NCBI RefSeq assembly: GCF_006345805.1
Contig: NC_042998.1
Coordinates: 117,366,001-117,430,000, forward strand
Source of the DNA: Octopus sinensis
Taxonomy: Eukaryota
Reading direction: 5' to 3'
Length of the DNA: 64,000 bases
This document shows positions 25,725-39,860 of the stretch, piece after piece. Position numbers and translations under genes: made by a program. How positions within the stretch are numbered: the first letter of the stretch is position 1; every line of letters begins with the position of its first letter. A model generated the notes under the pieces. That model worked only from the letters and a program-made list of their open reading frames with translations, searched no databases and was not told the DNA's origin.

Positions 25725-28700
25725 AGTCCTAAACGAAAATAGAAACAATTCTATATGAAATATATTGCCTGAACAGAGGCGACATGGAAAGCATTTCTGA
25801 TATCCGTTCGAGTAAGAGCCCTGTAAAAGCAATTTTTATTATGATCGATGAAGCTATCCTAATAGCCATATAATTTCCCTGTAATTTAAGATCTGACTAT
25901 TCGCTGGACAGTTCAGTAAATGTTATCTATACTTCTACTAACCACAAAATATATTGTATTCAAAGTTTTCGACTGCAGCTGCATTTCAAATGCTAGCAAA
26001 TATAAATTCTATAGTAAATTGAAAAACCGAAAGAATTATTTTAACTTTTAAACAAATCTGATATACGAAGAAATTATTAATTTACGGGTAATGTGTAGAT
26101 ACACATGAAAATATGTATTAGGGAGAAATTGTATTTTAGATTATATATCCAGTAATATAACCGTGGAAAAGAAACTGTCACCTTTCATTTTCCTGTCCCA
26201 CACTCCAAGTTGCAATGACTAGAGAAATATCAACACCCTTTCAAGGCATATAAATTAATTAGAGACGATCAGCTGGCTGTTGAAACTTTGCTGAACCTTC
26301 GATCGCAAGTTGTGAGTTACTGCACCGAATGCATTCGAACGCAGACTTGAAATAATTGACAACGTTTTACTGATAAAAAAGTAATGAATTACTTTCATTC
26401 AATGACATATTCTTGGTTTAAATGTAGACCACAAAGTCATAATTTAGATAAAGACCATATTTACTGCAGCCAATGTTCATCCAAGAGCAATATTCTATCT
26501 CTTTTTCTAAAGGCCGAAAGTGATTGATTAACAGACATAACATTCCGCATACTATCTATGAAAACAACATGTAAATATTTACACAAAACATTCTTACTTA
26601 TCAGGTTGTCAACAAAATTTTGTATAAAGTGAGATCCGAAGCGAAACACCGGAATTACCTTTCATAAAAGTTTAGATAAATTTAGATCTACTTAGTTATG
26701 CTTTATACATTATTGCTTCATATAAATTCTAATTTATTTAACAACCTGGAACAGTCGCCTACATTATCAGAAAAAAACAAGTGTACTTGTAATAGTACTA
26801 GAGACTGAAAATTTATAGAATTGCTGAAAATAACAATTCTTAGTATTAAGTAATGTGGTTTTTTTTACGTTTGAATATATCTTCTTCTTTATGTGTATGC
26901 GTATCAATTACTACATGTGTTTTTTTTTAACGCTATTAGCAACGGAAATCCACGTAAAGGAGGTCAGTTTAAAGACGTATGATATCAAAAATCACAGTGT
27001 ACTTTAAGGTTTAAGAGGACATCAGATAGCGATATTTCACAGTTTTTACTGCATATCGGTGTTATGTGTTTCCCCTACTTTCCAAATATGTACACGACAC
27101 CGAGGAGCAGCAAACACCGTGAAATACCGGTGTTTGCCTTTTCGCTTTCCTAACCGCTCGGGGTTGTTTCGTTTCGCCTAGTTCTGATGCTTACTGTGCT
27201 TTTTTTCCACTATACGAATTTAAAGATATGTTTCAAAGATGAAATACCACTACCTCTCTTTGAGGCGCTTGAGTATCGTTATTCAGGCATAGCTATCCAC
27301 TCAGTGACTACACTGACAGAGCATTTATTGATGTCGGAGCGATGAAACAGAAACTTAATATTAAAATGATTTGAACGCACAATGTAATGAGATGGAACAC
27401 GTAAAAAAAGAGCATTTTTCTGCCAATTCATTACCCTTAGATTTTTTTTATTGACGTTAATATATTTTAAAACTAAATTGTACGTTAATATTATGGAGAT
27501 ATATAAATAAGGAAATATATAGGACGTCAAATTTGCATGTCGTGTGTGGAAATTACAAGAATATAAGCATATGTGTACTAACGTCCACTGGTGATTTGGC
27601 ACTTATATCGTTATTACAACAAGCTATAATACCAGATGTCAGCAAATATTACGCTTTAGAACTAGTTATACATAGAATCAGGTAACCATTGGTATTTACT
27701 CGTAGATACACTGGATTTGGAAGTAATATACTGCACTGTAACTGTATTTATTTCTAAATATTGGAAACTAACTCGCTTATCTGAAAGATCCGATCGGCTA
27801 CATCTTTGTTCCATATTTTGTTTTGCATGTTGGAAATAACTGTTCATTTAATTTCAGTTGAGTTTGGCGCGAAGTCTTAGTGGAAACATTTTTGAAGAAT
27901 TATACATATTCATTTTGACGTCGTACATATAAACTTATTAATCTCATGATTAATAATGTCACATTTTTAATAAGATCCTTTTTTTATATATTCTGCGAAT
28001 ATTTTTTCGCTCCGTTATTCACACAATTTATCTCAACTATTCTCCTTCTGAGTAAAAATTGTTGAAAGAAATAGGTCAATTTATGTTAAAGCATGACACT
28101 TACGCATATCTACATCTTTAATTCTTATCAAGAAAAACAAATTCAATTATTAATTTAGCTGAAGTTGCTGCGCTCGTACACTCCAAAGAAATTAAGAGAC
28201 GCAAGCAACCAGTTGAAATCAACGCTAAATCAATAATGAAAGTAAAACAAATTTTGAAACAATATCCGTAAAGTTAACGTATTTAAGATCAATAATATAT
28301 TAATGAAAGAGCGATTCAGATCACAAAAAGTGATAAAGCATCGATCTAAAACATCCAGATTTGATCAAATTAAATTTCTCTGTTTTACTCAATTTTAGCG
28401 ATAAAAAGAAATATACGAGAGTAAATGGGCCTAATTTTAGAAAGAGCCGAGATTTCAGAAATGTACTTGGAGCCAAAGGAGAAACTGTATAAAAGAAAAA
28501 CAGATACTTTGCGAATTGAAGTAAATTTCCTTATCTAAATTAATACCCTGTGGATTGATTTCTGCAATAAGAGGAATAGTTAATTTCACGGTAGTTAGAC
28601 AATTGTATTACTGTTGTTATCTTCTTTCATCTAGTCTTCGTAATCATCAAACTAAAACATGTTTTTCTAATCTCCATGAATTACCAGTATGTCTGTTGAA

Positions 28701-31220
28701 CAAGCAAATAAACATTGTTTTATGTAGCCTTGTTTGCCTAATAAATCCAAAATGAACTAAACAATGGCTTGTGTATTTATAGCAAATGCATAAATGAAAT
28801 TCATCATTGTGGCGAATGCTAGATAAAATCGTACTTGGAGATTAGAAATATTAGTGAAGAAATAAGTGAAATTAATGGAGCTTCCCTTCTAATAGAACTA
28901 TATATACATAGTCCAATCATACAATTAATTGGAAGTTATAGAGAAAATTGAAGTTTTAGAGAGTTTTTCGACATATTCAAATGCACATATCATTAAGAGA
29001 TTCGTAATAAAATAAGGAGGAAATATGTTCTATCTGATCTTCATAAATCTAATGTAACATTTTCATATAAAGTATACAAAAGCTGACCGTTTTCGTCTTC
29101 TGACATGTTTGTGGATGCATTTATGATATACCCTGGATTTTGTTAGAAAGGGAAATCATTTTAAAAATTAGGATGTAAAAAAATACATGTAGGGCGAGAA
29201 GGTAAATTTAGAAGAAATAAAAGAAAAGGAATATATGAGGAAAAAATAGGAAAAGTAATATAAGGAAATAGGATGTGGGAAAACATTTTGCCGAAAAGGA
29301 TATTGAAAAGGAATATAAACATGAGATAGATTTATCTTGTATGTCTATTTAGTGATTCAATGATGCTGAAACGAATTGTTGAAAAATGTTTGGTACTAAC
29401 ATGATTTATGAAAGTAACTGGAATGACTGCAATTCAAGAATAAATGGACAGCAAAGAGTGGATGCAAGGCGAATTGCTTAGCAAGGATGAATGGTTAAAT
29501 GTCTGTTGGTAATTGATTTGCAACTTCAGAAAATGGAGGATTATTGTAAGATTGACTAGACTAGATTAAATTTTTAAAATCATACCTTGTGTATATTCTG
29601 AAATGTATAAGTGTGTTTTGGTTGATCTATACCTCTGTGCATGCCGAAAGCAATAAATAAGAATAAGAGAACAGCAAAGGGAGAGGGGGGTAAGCCATTC
29701 TAATGTAGATATCCATCAAACCGTTTCTAAAAGGGAGATATTAAATTAAGTACACTGGCACAACCAACATTTTACGCTTCATTTAATAAAAGTGGCATAT
29801 ACCTTACTTTTAAGAATGTGCATACACTTTTTAACTGAATATAATACCATAACACATTCTATTGGAACAATCAAAAGTTCTATGGTATTAGACTAAATTT
29901 GAGATATCTACGCAGCACGAAAGTACTCCAAACAATCATTTAAAAACTTCCCAAGAAACAAGCAACAGACAAATTCAAAGTCGTGGAGTTGCATCAGCAC
30001 ATATGTCCGTTACCTGTATCTCCTAAAAAACAAAGAAATAATGACAATCAACTGTATCAGAAGAGCAATTCAAAAGGGACTAACACAGCATTAACCGCAC
30101 AAACTTCAAAGACATATACACCCAACAAGCATATATTTACAAATGTGGAAAATGATATTCTGTTAACCCCTTCCGTATAAATGTAATTTCTGTACATGGT
30201 AAAATATACAACATTGTCACATAAAACTGATGGACAGTAAATTAGAGGATATCACGAGGCTAACAAAATACTCATCTTCAAGAAAGGATTGGATTCTAAA
30301 TAAAATAGCACTACCTCCAATACAGAAAGAGACGCACAGGCACTAACACACACACACGAACACGCACACATACATGCACATGCATACACACAGACAAACG
30401 CCCACACAACACATAGAGATAGTCAGATAATCAAATCACAAATATATTAGCGTAATTAAATATACAAAACAAGACGCACCTGCATTCACAGAATATCTAA
30501 TAAAATCAATCGCTCACTATAAGTACACGCACAAACTCAGTCGTACAAAGAGATATATTAAGAGAAAACATTACACCGTATATAATTGATAACACAGGCG
30601 TCATGAAATAAAAAATATACACACGCAAATAAATCGTGAAATCGTTTATCCATGATCAGATATATTGAAATATATGCATCCAAAACCATACATAAAGATC
30701 CATTGACACATTCACACACAGAAGTTACTCAATCATGAATTTTAATACAGTGCTTATGTATAATGTCTTCACTAAATCAAATTTTTTCGTACATTAGGAA
30801 AGGATTAGCCAGAAAACAGAAACAATCAAGAGACACAGATCAGATAATATACGTAAAAGAATCAAATAAAATACACAATGAATTGTGACAAGAAAGAGAT
30901 TATAAAAAATGTGTTGCAAATATCGCAATGGGTTGTAAAAGTTCCAGCTGGAGTGCACAAGCACTGTGAAAATATATTCACCATATAAATATACGATTGA
31001 ATAAACCATGTAATCAAACAACAATGTATATTGAAGAAAGTCTTACTGGTGCAATAACTATTTTGTTACATTAGTCATTTAATACACACCAGATATGAAG
31101 AAATATATTCCGCGCCACTAAATATAATTTTAGAATTATCATTTTTTACTTATATTTAAAGGAATTGAAGTTGCAGTTCTGTTCAATAGACAATGTGTGA
31201 TAGTTGATGCCTTTTCTAAA

Positions 31221-31417
31221 ATATTGATTTCAGATTTTAGCACTAGTCTAGCAACATTGGTTTACATCGACTGCAGTGCTCAAGCGGTACTTATCTTATT
31301 GATCCCGAAATGATGAAAGACAAAGCTAATCACGGCGAAATTTGAGCTCAGAACATAAAAACGATATGACGCTAAGCATCTCGCCTGGCATGCCAAAGAA
31401 ACTGCCAGCTCGCCGCC
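31221..31417 (-). mobile_element. tRNA-derived SINE family 2
   Basis: Reverse complement begins ggcggcgagctggcag...gagatgcttagcg...ttctgagctcaaatttcgccg. Confidence 0.8.
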
Positions 31418-31799
31418 ATTCTTTTCTAAAATATTAAAATCAAATACGTCAAGTACTTTGTGTTTCGAATTTTCATCTCTTTGATTCTCGCACCAGATTG
31501 GCAACTGTTGTTCTGTGGACGAAGGAAAGTGCCAGATGTAATATCAATGAGTAAGATCAAACCTTGAAGCTGATTAACAGTGTATCAGAATATTTTCGTT
31601 TTCAATACTGATGCGAAATCCTTTTTTCGGTGGTCCGTTTAAGTATCTTTTGTTATAATAGTGTTAAATTAGGCTATTTTTTTATACATAATGATCGACA
31701 ATTGCATGATGGATTTGGTAACACAATAGCCAACAGTTAAATATTTGTCAGTGAGCACAGTCATAAAGGCAGCCATTTTTAGCAAAAATGATATTCCTA

Positions 31800-32800
31800 A
31801 GGTACACAGTACGACCGCCAGTTCAATAAATGACATGGTTATATATGTACTGGTTCTTCTGCTTATTCATAGGACTTTGTATTTCCGAGTTTTTGTGGAT
31901 TTTGGGTAATAATTGTAAATTGCTCTCTTTTATTTCAGAGTTGTATATATAATTTTTCTCCTTGTTTGTGAAGGAATCTTGGAATTCATTGATTAGTCTT
32001 CTGATTTTATTCATTATCGTTTTTCTGAGTGTCTTGGTTCTTCCTTGTAGTAGGTTTGGTTTGTTAACATTTCCAATATTTTATCTTAATAATAGTCCCT
32101 GCCCATGATTACTATCGCCTCTCATTTATTGGCTACTTGTAGGATGATTGAGTTGTCATTCTTCAGTGCTCGTAAGACTTCCTTTTCTTCATCACGAGGA
32201 TTTGTCTGCATCGGTTGGTTTTAGGAAAACTTTGAAATCGTGTCGAAATACGTGTCTAAATGTTTATCCTTTCCCTGTAGGGGATGAAGTGGGATTTATT
32301 TCTGACTATTGATTCATCATTTTAATCGTTATTGCTGAAGAATTATATAAGTCGGAGGTGACGGTTGAAGTGTTCAATATCAGATTTCATTTCAAAGAGA
32401 ATAGGAGTGAATGCCGGGGTAAACGTAAAGCCTTTTAATAGGAGTATCATCCCCTTCTAGTTCTGGTTCCTATTTGACAAATTTATGAACTTCGGGTCTA
32501 TACGTTGTGCGTGTTCATTTAAATTTTGTGTATTATCGGGTCCAGTACGCGGTTTTGATATTTTCTCCAAATCCAGGGATTTGTTAGGAATATTTTCTTT
32601 TTGTTATCTCGTCTTTTGTCCCTTCTTCAATTTTGGCGTAAGCAAGGCAAAATCCTCCAAGCTGGAATCTGACCTTCCTAATCAAATTTTTATCCCATAA
32701 GATAAGCTTGATGCCAAATAAAGTACATTTAAGATCAATAATTTCGAGAAACGTATTAGGTTTTGTGTCCATTTTATATTTCCTGTTTTCATACATATTT
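31800..32800 (-). pseudogene. Penelope-like element (second PLE family) N-terminal ORF remnant
   Basis: FINLSNRN...LLLKGFTFTP, DEEKEVLRALKNDNSIILQVANK*EAIVIMGRDYY (the ADKGGAVV region) and SNLQLLPKIHK. Confidence 0.8.
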
Positions 32801-33700
32801 AATCAGGTTGGCGGTCAATAACTACTGATTTTGCCCAATTTTGGTTGGTTTTTATGTTTCGTACCCAAATTGGAATTATACTTTATGTATGGCTTTTTAA
32901 CCCCATTGGACTGATTCCATTCCACAGTTTACATAAAATGTCGAGGATGTGAAAACTATTAGCCCTAATATGTCAAAATTTGTCATTTTGAAAAAAGAAT
33001 ATCAAGTTTGAGGGGGTTTAACCAAAAATTTGGATATTTCTATCATAAATATAAATTTTGCATGTATCCCCTATTTTCAAAAGTTTCTCAAATCTATGTT
33101 CTCTTATACACTTTAGGCTGCTTATACACTCAAAATGCTTCTAAATATGTTCAAACAGATATTAAAAATCCTTTTTCTTTAAACTCAGGGTTTTGGCTTT
33201 GTAATCTCTTGGATTTAGAGAAGCAGGGAATATGCATTTTAAACATCCGAGAGAAGTTTCAAAAAAAGGATAAATTCCGACTCTAACCACAATGTGCTCT
33301 ATGTGTGTATGTGTGTATGTATCCAACCAAAGAATACTAAAGTTCAGACTAAGAAATTTACATGTGCAGCCAAACATGAAGAACAATCTCACCTAAATGC
33401 TAGCCTGTACCATGTACTATCATTTATAGCAGCCTGACAAAAACAACCTCACGGCACGCACCAGGGTTTTTCAGCCTCTACTAAATTTAAATCATGACAG
33501 AGGAGATGGCCTTGAAGTCAACGATTTCAAACAAACGGAGAAAGCACTAGTATATCGCCTGAGAAAACACAAGTAGATCTCTTTATGCAAAAAAGGCAGG
33601 TGCATTAAATACCAATGTTCTTGGACAACTACTTTGCCTCTAAATAATTGTAGCAAATAAGCAAGTACACAACTGTACTCAATCTTCTTGGCTTCAGTTT

Positions 33701-33704
<4 letters not shown>

Positions 33705-33786
<82 letters not shown>

Positions 33787-33830
33787 TGTGTGTGTGTATG
33801 TGTGTGTGTGTGTGTGTGCGTATGTGTGTG
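33705..33830. repeat. (TA)n(TG)n microsatellite
   Basis: Direct inspection. Confidence 0.95.
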
Positions 33831-33962
33831 TTAAATATAATTAGACAATAAAACTAAGGCCGTGTGAAATTTATAGGACATTTATAAAGAGAAAAGTAGT
33901 CTTACAGCTGTTTCTGGATTATTAGAGAAAGCTCTTCACCAGAAACGATATCAGAGTGTTAA
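33830..33962 (-). mobile_element. Solo 3' end of PLE family A with hammerhead variant (33899-33946)
   Basis: Reverse complement guuu-CUGGUGA-...-GAAAC AGCU GUA AGAC followed by the same tail as the 19860-19900 copy. Confidence 0.75.
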
Positions 33963-35334
33963 CACAAGATCCGCATTAGACTTCTCACTCGTATTATTAT
34001 AGAACCGAGTGTCTATCTTCAGGCGTCCCGTAGCAGTTACTGAGCCTCACCTGCCATCTTGAGTCTTCTGGATACCAATAGCTTTCCTATATGTATATAC
34101 GCATACACAATTGGCTTTTTGCAGATTACATCTACCAAATCCACTCACAAGGTTTTGATTGGCAATAGAAATGGATTCTTGCACAAAATGATGAGCAGTG
34201 AAACTGAATCTGAAAAATTGGGGTTGAGAACCAAGCTTCTTAGTGTAGATCGTCAAATGTTTTATGTATGTATAAAATATATGTAATTATGTACATTTAC
34301 ATATATGTTTGTCCGATTCTTGTACATATTATGTAGTACAAAATATACACCCTTACCTGTAACAACACTGAACAATATAAGACTAAGTGATTGACTTAGA
34401 GTGTATTATGATGATTTAGACATATGTTGTGCTGCAAAACAAAGAAAAGATGAACTAGTTTTGATGAAACTTGTCACATAAAAAGCAGGATTTCAGGAAT
34501 TTTCAAACCGTGATTATCATCATGTTGCATCTATCAAGGTTGCAGAATCTAACAAACACTTCCATACATATTCTCTTTCTTCTCACCTCTATCTATATAT
34601 CTCTCTCTCTCTCTCTTCTCATTCTCTCCCTAACTCCCTCTCTTCCTCTCTCTTTCTGAATTTCTTTCTCTTATTCTTTTGTGTCTAGCTCTTTCGCACT
34701 CTCTCCCTCTCTCTCTACACACACATGCACAAATATATATATACGTATATTTTAAACACGTACACCTATGCATATGTATATAGATTTGCAATTATGTGTG
34801 TGTCTGTGTGCGCGCGCGTGTGTGTGTACAAATAAAGTCTGAGAGAGAGATAAATATATGTATCTCTGTAGGTACGAACTTACGCGGGTTATTTTGACAG
34901 TTAGGCATTCATGTTTAACTACATAAAAAAGTTGTGGGTGTGTTGGTTAATTGTCATTCTTTCCACACACATACACAAACATATATGCATATGTTTTAAG
35001 CACATACACCTATGCATATATTTGCGATTTTATATATATATAAGTTTCTTTTGGTGTACGATCTTTAAAGTATAAAAATCTGGTCACTGATCTGCATTCA
35101 ACCGCCATCAACAAAACTGTAGTCTCCTTCCACAACCGTAAAAGACAAACGAATACTCGTGGAAAGCTGAAATTTACAACGTGACATGTAGAGAGAAGTA
35201 TAATTATATATGTCCAAGTTCCGTTTCATGCAATCGCTGGAAGAGGGTCAGGGAAAATTTTTAATGAACACCTGTCGTGTGTTTGTGTGTTTGTGTATTT
35301 GTGTTATGTGTGAGTGGTGGGGGGTGCAGGGGCG

Positions 35335-35670
35335 TATCTATGTGGGAAGCGGATTAACAACACGTCCTAGGTTCAGTTTCACTGCATAGGAACTTGGGCA
35401 TTTGTATTCTACGATACCCTTGTTAATGCATTTGGTAGCGGTAAACTGAAAGTAGTCCGTTTTATGTGCATCTGGGTTTCTGTTTTCTCCCAGAAAGCTT
35501 GCCGGCCGCTGTTGATGTGCTTATGATCCACTTAGCGGTTCGGCAAAAGAAAACGACAGATAAGTGCCAGTGTTTAAAATGTATTGAAATTTCTGGAGTC
35601 GATTCATTCGACTAAAATTTCTTCAAGGCGGTGCCCCAGAATGGCTGCTGTCTAATGGCAGCAAACTAAA
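35335..35670 (+). mobile_element. SINE family 1, diverged
   Basis: ggttcagtttcactgc...gcggttcggcaaaagaaaacgacag...caaggcggtgccccagaatggc. Confidence 0.75.
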
Positions 35671-36376
35671 AATATATCTTGAACAGTTTTGCACATACAG
35701 AAACATACACGAATATATACATCTGCACCGATACTCTTGCAGAATTGCCCACTTATACATAAGAAAATATGTTTCAATTTTGTGAGTCCGAATATCTTCT
35801 GTGTATTTGTGTGCATTGCCGTTTACTTCGATTGTATTATGCTCAAATAGAGAAAGATATAATTTCTGGGACTATCTCTCTTTTTTATGTTTTAGTCATG
35901 AATATATATATATATATACAGTGGGAGGCCGGGAAAGAGAGAAATGTAAGATATATGATAACTTACTATAAACGCTTAACTCATTTAGAGAAGATATAGG
36001 AGCTATGGTTTTTGTGTACACTAGAAATGGAAATATTGATTAAATCTAATGCTTTTATATTTCGGAGAAAAGGTGCACACTATTTTAAAGGAACGGAGAA
36101 AGCTTTTAACTTAATGACCTGTGAGCAATGAATCATGTTAAAAGGGAAATAAATGGCTGACAACGTGTATTTGGAACATATGGTTTTATGGAGACGAGAA
36201 GGCTTTCTGAATTTAAGAATGTGGAATGTGCCTTGAACTTTCACCTGCGTAATTTAGTTCGAGTATACACGACATACTTTAGCACTATGTAAACAAATCT
36301 GTGTGTGAGTATGTGTTAGAATGTTTATATTTCTATCTTCCTATCTATTTATCTCTCTATACATCTCTCTCTCGCT

Positions 36377-36379
<3 letters not shown>

Positions 36380-36426
<47 letters not shown>

Positions 36427-36522
36427 ATATTTATATATATACATATATATATATATACATATACATATATATATATATTTATATATATACATATATATAT
36501 ATACATTCATACATATATATAC

Positions 36523-36567
<45 letters not shown>

Positions 36568-36584
36568 ATATATTATATATATAT

Positions 36585-36625
<41 letters not shown>

Positions 36626-36645
36626 TATATATATATATATATATG
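36380..36645. repeat. Long compound (TA)n microsatellite
   Basis: Direct inspection. Confidence 0.95.
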
Positions 36646-36735
36646 TACCTATCTATCCATCTTCTGTCTGTCTCTCACACTCACGCTCCGTTTATCTACA
36701 TACACGCTATCTATATCTGCTTATCTATGTATACA

Positions 36736-36769
<34 letters not shown>

Positions 36770-37294
36770 CACACATACATATGCATAGACACATGCATTT
36801 ACATATATTCAGAAAGAGAATCAAATAGATATATAAGTATACATATATATTGACATAGAGCATAAACATGCCGAAAACTAGGAAGATAGTACATAAATTC
36901 TTAACCCAACAGGTGTTTCAGAAAGCTTAGATTTACGTAACGATCGTGATATAATTTGAATATATAAGTAGTAGATTTTGACTCTGCAACCAGTAGACAA
37001 TCCCACAAAGCTACTACTATAAGTCCATCTTTCTTCACTAAAGGATAGGTGTGAATGTTTCAGACAGCTGGACCATCATCTAGTTGTGGTACATTTGGTT
37101 TCAACTTGGTTTTATCGTCTCTCTCTGAAACGTTGATTTTCTACAGGAACCCGAGTTCTGTTAAATGATAATTACACCTGCTTATTAGGTGTGTCAGATT
37201 TTAAGTAATGGTGTTTTCTAAACGGTATTATTTAAGATTTTCACCATGTTTGTGTATTTCTGCTGTGTGGGAGCGTGTTTGTGTGTGTGCATGT

Positions 37295-37332
<38 letters not shown>

Positions 37333-37334
37333 CC

Positions 37335-37485
37335 AGGCGTATCGATGTTGGACGTTGACTAACAACACGTCCTAGGTTTAGTTTCACTGCATAGGAACTT
37401 GGGCATTTGTTTTCTACGATACCCTTGTTAATGGATTTGGTAGCGGTTAACTGGAAGAAGCCCGTTTTATGTGCATCTGGGTTTG
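37335..37485 (+). mobile_element. SINE family 1 5' half, near-duplicate of 35330-35480
   Basis: Shares distinctive variants acaacacgtcctagg, ataggaacttggg and ctacgatacccttgttaatg with the 35335 copy. Confidence 0.75.
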
Positions 37486-38409
37486 GTTATCGGCTAATCA
37501 TGTCATAGTGATTTTGTATGTAAAATTTCGTAATCTGAAGACGCTATCGGTTAGCAGGTAGGTAAAAACGCTGTTGATCAACATATTTCTTTATACAAAC
37601 GTAATAGAAACCGAACTAATAACTCCTATCACGTGCTTACGTTGTAAAACCAAATTCTGAATGGTAACTTCAAGTTAGTTTCTTCATGCGAACACAAAAC
37701 CTTCAAAACACTTTAAACCAATAGTATATATGTAACAGCTCAGCATTAAAGTACCTAACCAACTTCTTCCACTTCCACTTTCACTATAGACTACTTCATA
37801 ATACAAATATAAACTGGTATTAAAAATCTACACCAGACAATTTCTGCAGAAATTCTCAAAGCGTTCTTAAATTATGAAAAAATATGGTAATAAAAGTTTC
37901 TAAAATTAGTGCACACACAACTACAGGCACATACATATATACATAGAGGGTAAATTGGCTTGGGATTTCTAGCACAATTTTCATACTGCATACTTGTGCA
38001 TATTTTAATAATTCCAGATATACTATAAAACACATAATCATCAAAAGGAATAAAATTCATAATAGCCTGAAAACTTCCACCTCCCTAAACACAAAGGTTA
38101 ATGTTTGTGCTTAATAACCAAATAATTTCCAGAACAAAGATGACAGACTGACTAATATATAGTATAAATACATTCGTTTGTTGCATCTGAGTTTATTGTC
38201 ATACCATAATGTATGAAAATGTACTCCTAGAATCACTATATTTGACAGAAAGCTCGAGCGAATTACTAGAGCTTTTACGATTCTTGTCGTTCTGTATCAT
38301 GTATAACTTTACGTTAAGCAACCGCAGTAGAATTCATGCAAATCCCTTATGCCAACGGGAAAGAGACAACTGCCATAGAATGTGTTTCTTTGTTAGAAAC
38401 TAGAATCTA

Positions 38410-38470
38410 GATCAGTGGTTCCCAACCTAAAGTAGGCGGACTAAAAGTAGTACTGGGGAGTCTGTGAACA
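38410..38470 (+). mobile_element. Possible hAT-type MITE terminus
   Basis: cagtggttcccaacct resembles hAT/Charlie-type TIRs; no partner TIR seen. Confidence 0.35.
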
Positions 38471-38495
38471 AAATTCAAAGTTTCATTATATATAT

Positions 38496-38540
<45 letters not shown>

Positions 38541-38639
38541 GGGTGGGGGGAAGTAAGAAGAAAAATAAGCGTAAATGCACATTGGAAATCAAAAAGGCTA
38601 CAAGCATTTTATGAAAAGTAACGATAGATATATACAATT

Positions 38640-39446
38640 AAATGAACTGAGGTTGTAATAAAAGTAATAAAAGTCATTATTGTGAATTGTTAAAGAGATT
38701 TTAAAGGATGTTGTTTCGTATATTACTAATCATTGCTTTGAATGCACACTGACCGATGCCAGGTCTAGTAGTCACTGACAAAAAAATCATGCGTAAACGA
38801 GGTAGTAGTTACGGATTTGGTGCATTTAGTGTAGATATAGATCTGTAATGTGTATGGTGTATGGGATGTACGGGTGTTAGTGGTATTAATTGAAAGGTTA
38901 GCAGTGTTCTATATTATGTTATGCGTTCATATTGATTTGGGGAAGATATTAATGGATGAAAGTTGCCTCTATATTCATTCTTTGTTGCACTGAGGTATTA
39001 TGTGAACATTGATAGAAGGGAAAAATTAGGAAATTAGGATTACGATTCATAGCACGCCATTCTATGTAACCCATTAGAAGGTTCGCAATCACTGGAGCAG
39101 CTCGGGTTCCCATTGCAATTCCACATTTTTGTCGATAGTAAAGTGTAACGAACATGAAATAGCTGTTCAGTAGCATGAATTTCAGTGCTGTGATTATGAA
39201 TCTGTGGTTAACACGTCCAGGGACCTCTTCTGAGTAATTTTCTAGCCAGAAAGCGATCGCTTCTATACCATAGTCGTGTGGGATATTGCTGTACAAATTC
39301 AACACATCGAATGATACTAACTGGGTTCCTTTATTTACCGTCTTCGGGAGTTGGTTCAGAATGTCTAAGTCATCCAAGATGAAGCTTTTCATATATTTTA
39401 GAAATAGCTTAAGATGTCGAGGAAGTTGCTCAAACGGTGGGTTTCA
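38640..39446 (-). pseudogene. Penelope-like element (second family): RT core fused to GIY-YIG C-terminus, plus 3' UTR
   Basis: GETHRLSNFLDIL, LVSFDVLNLYSNIPHDYGIEAI, YYRQKCGIAMGTRAAPVIANLLMGYIE, then directly NPNFLIFPFYQC...RMNIEATFIH. Confidence 0.85.
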
Positions 39447-39860
39447 CCTTATAATCTAGTGAAAATATTCTGTACCATAGTTTCGGACACCTATACTCGT
39501 GGATGAAGACTCCTTGAACTCAGATCAATACTAATTAAAAGACATTACCTAATATCATTAATAAATAAGGGCAATAAACGAGCTAAGGAAATAGATATAC
39601 GAACATTAAGGGAAGCCAACCGAAATACTAAATCAGACTTAAAAATAGACCTGTGTAAAATCCCTTATATAATGGATTTTACACATAACTATTATGGATT
39701 ATTACAGATGACATTACAAGGAAGCATATATGGAATAATACTCTCATACTAATATGCACTTACCAAAATTAGAAGCAGTAATTTGTAATGTTTAATTTAT
39801 ATTTGCAACAAACACAATTTTCCCATATTACTTCATATTAAAACGAAAACTACCATTCGA
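39447..39860 (+). pseudogene. Penelope-like element (second family) thumb/linker remnant, inverted relative to the RT piece
   Basis: PYNLVKIFCTIVSDTYTRG*RLLELRSILIKRHYLISLINKGNKRAKEIDIRTLR...IPY matches the PLE post-RT region. The 3' boundary is approximate. Confidence 0.7.
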
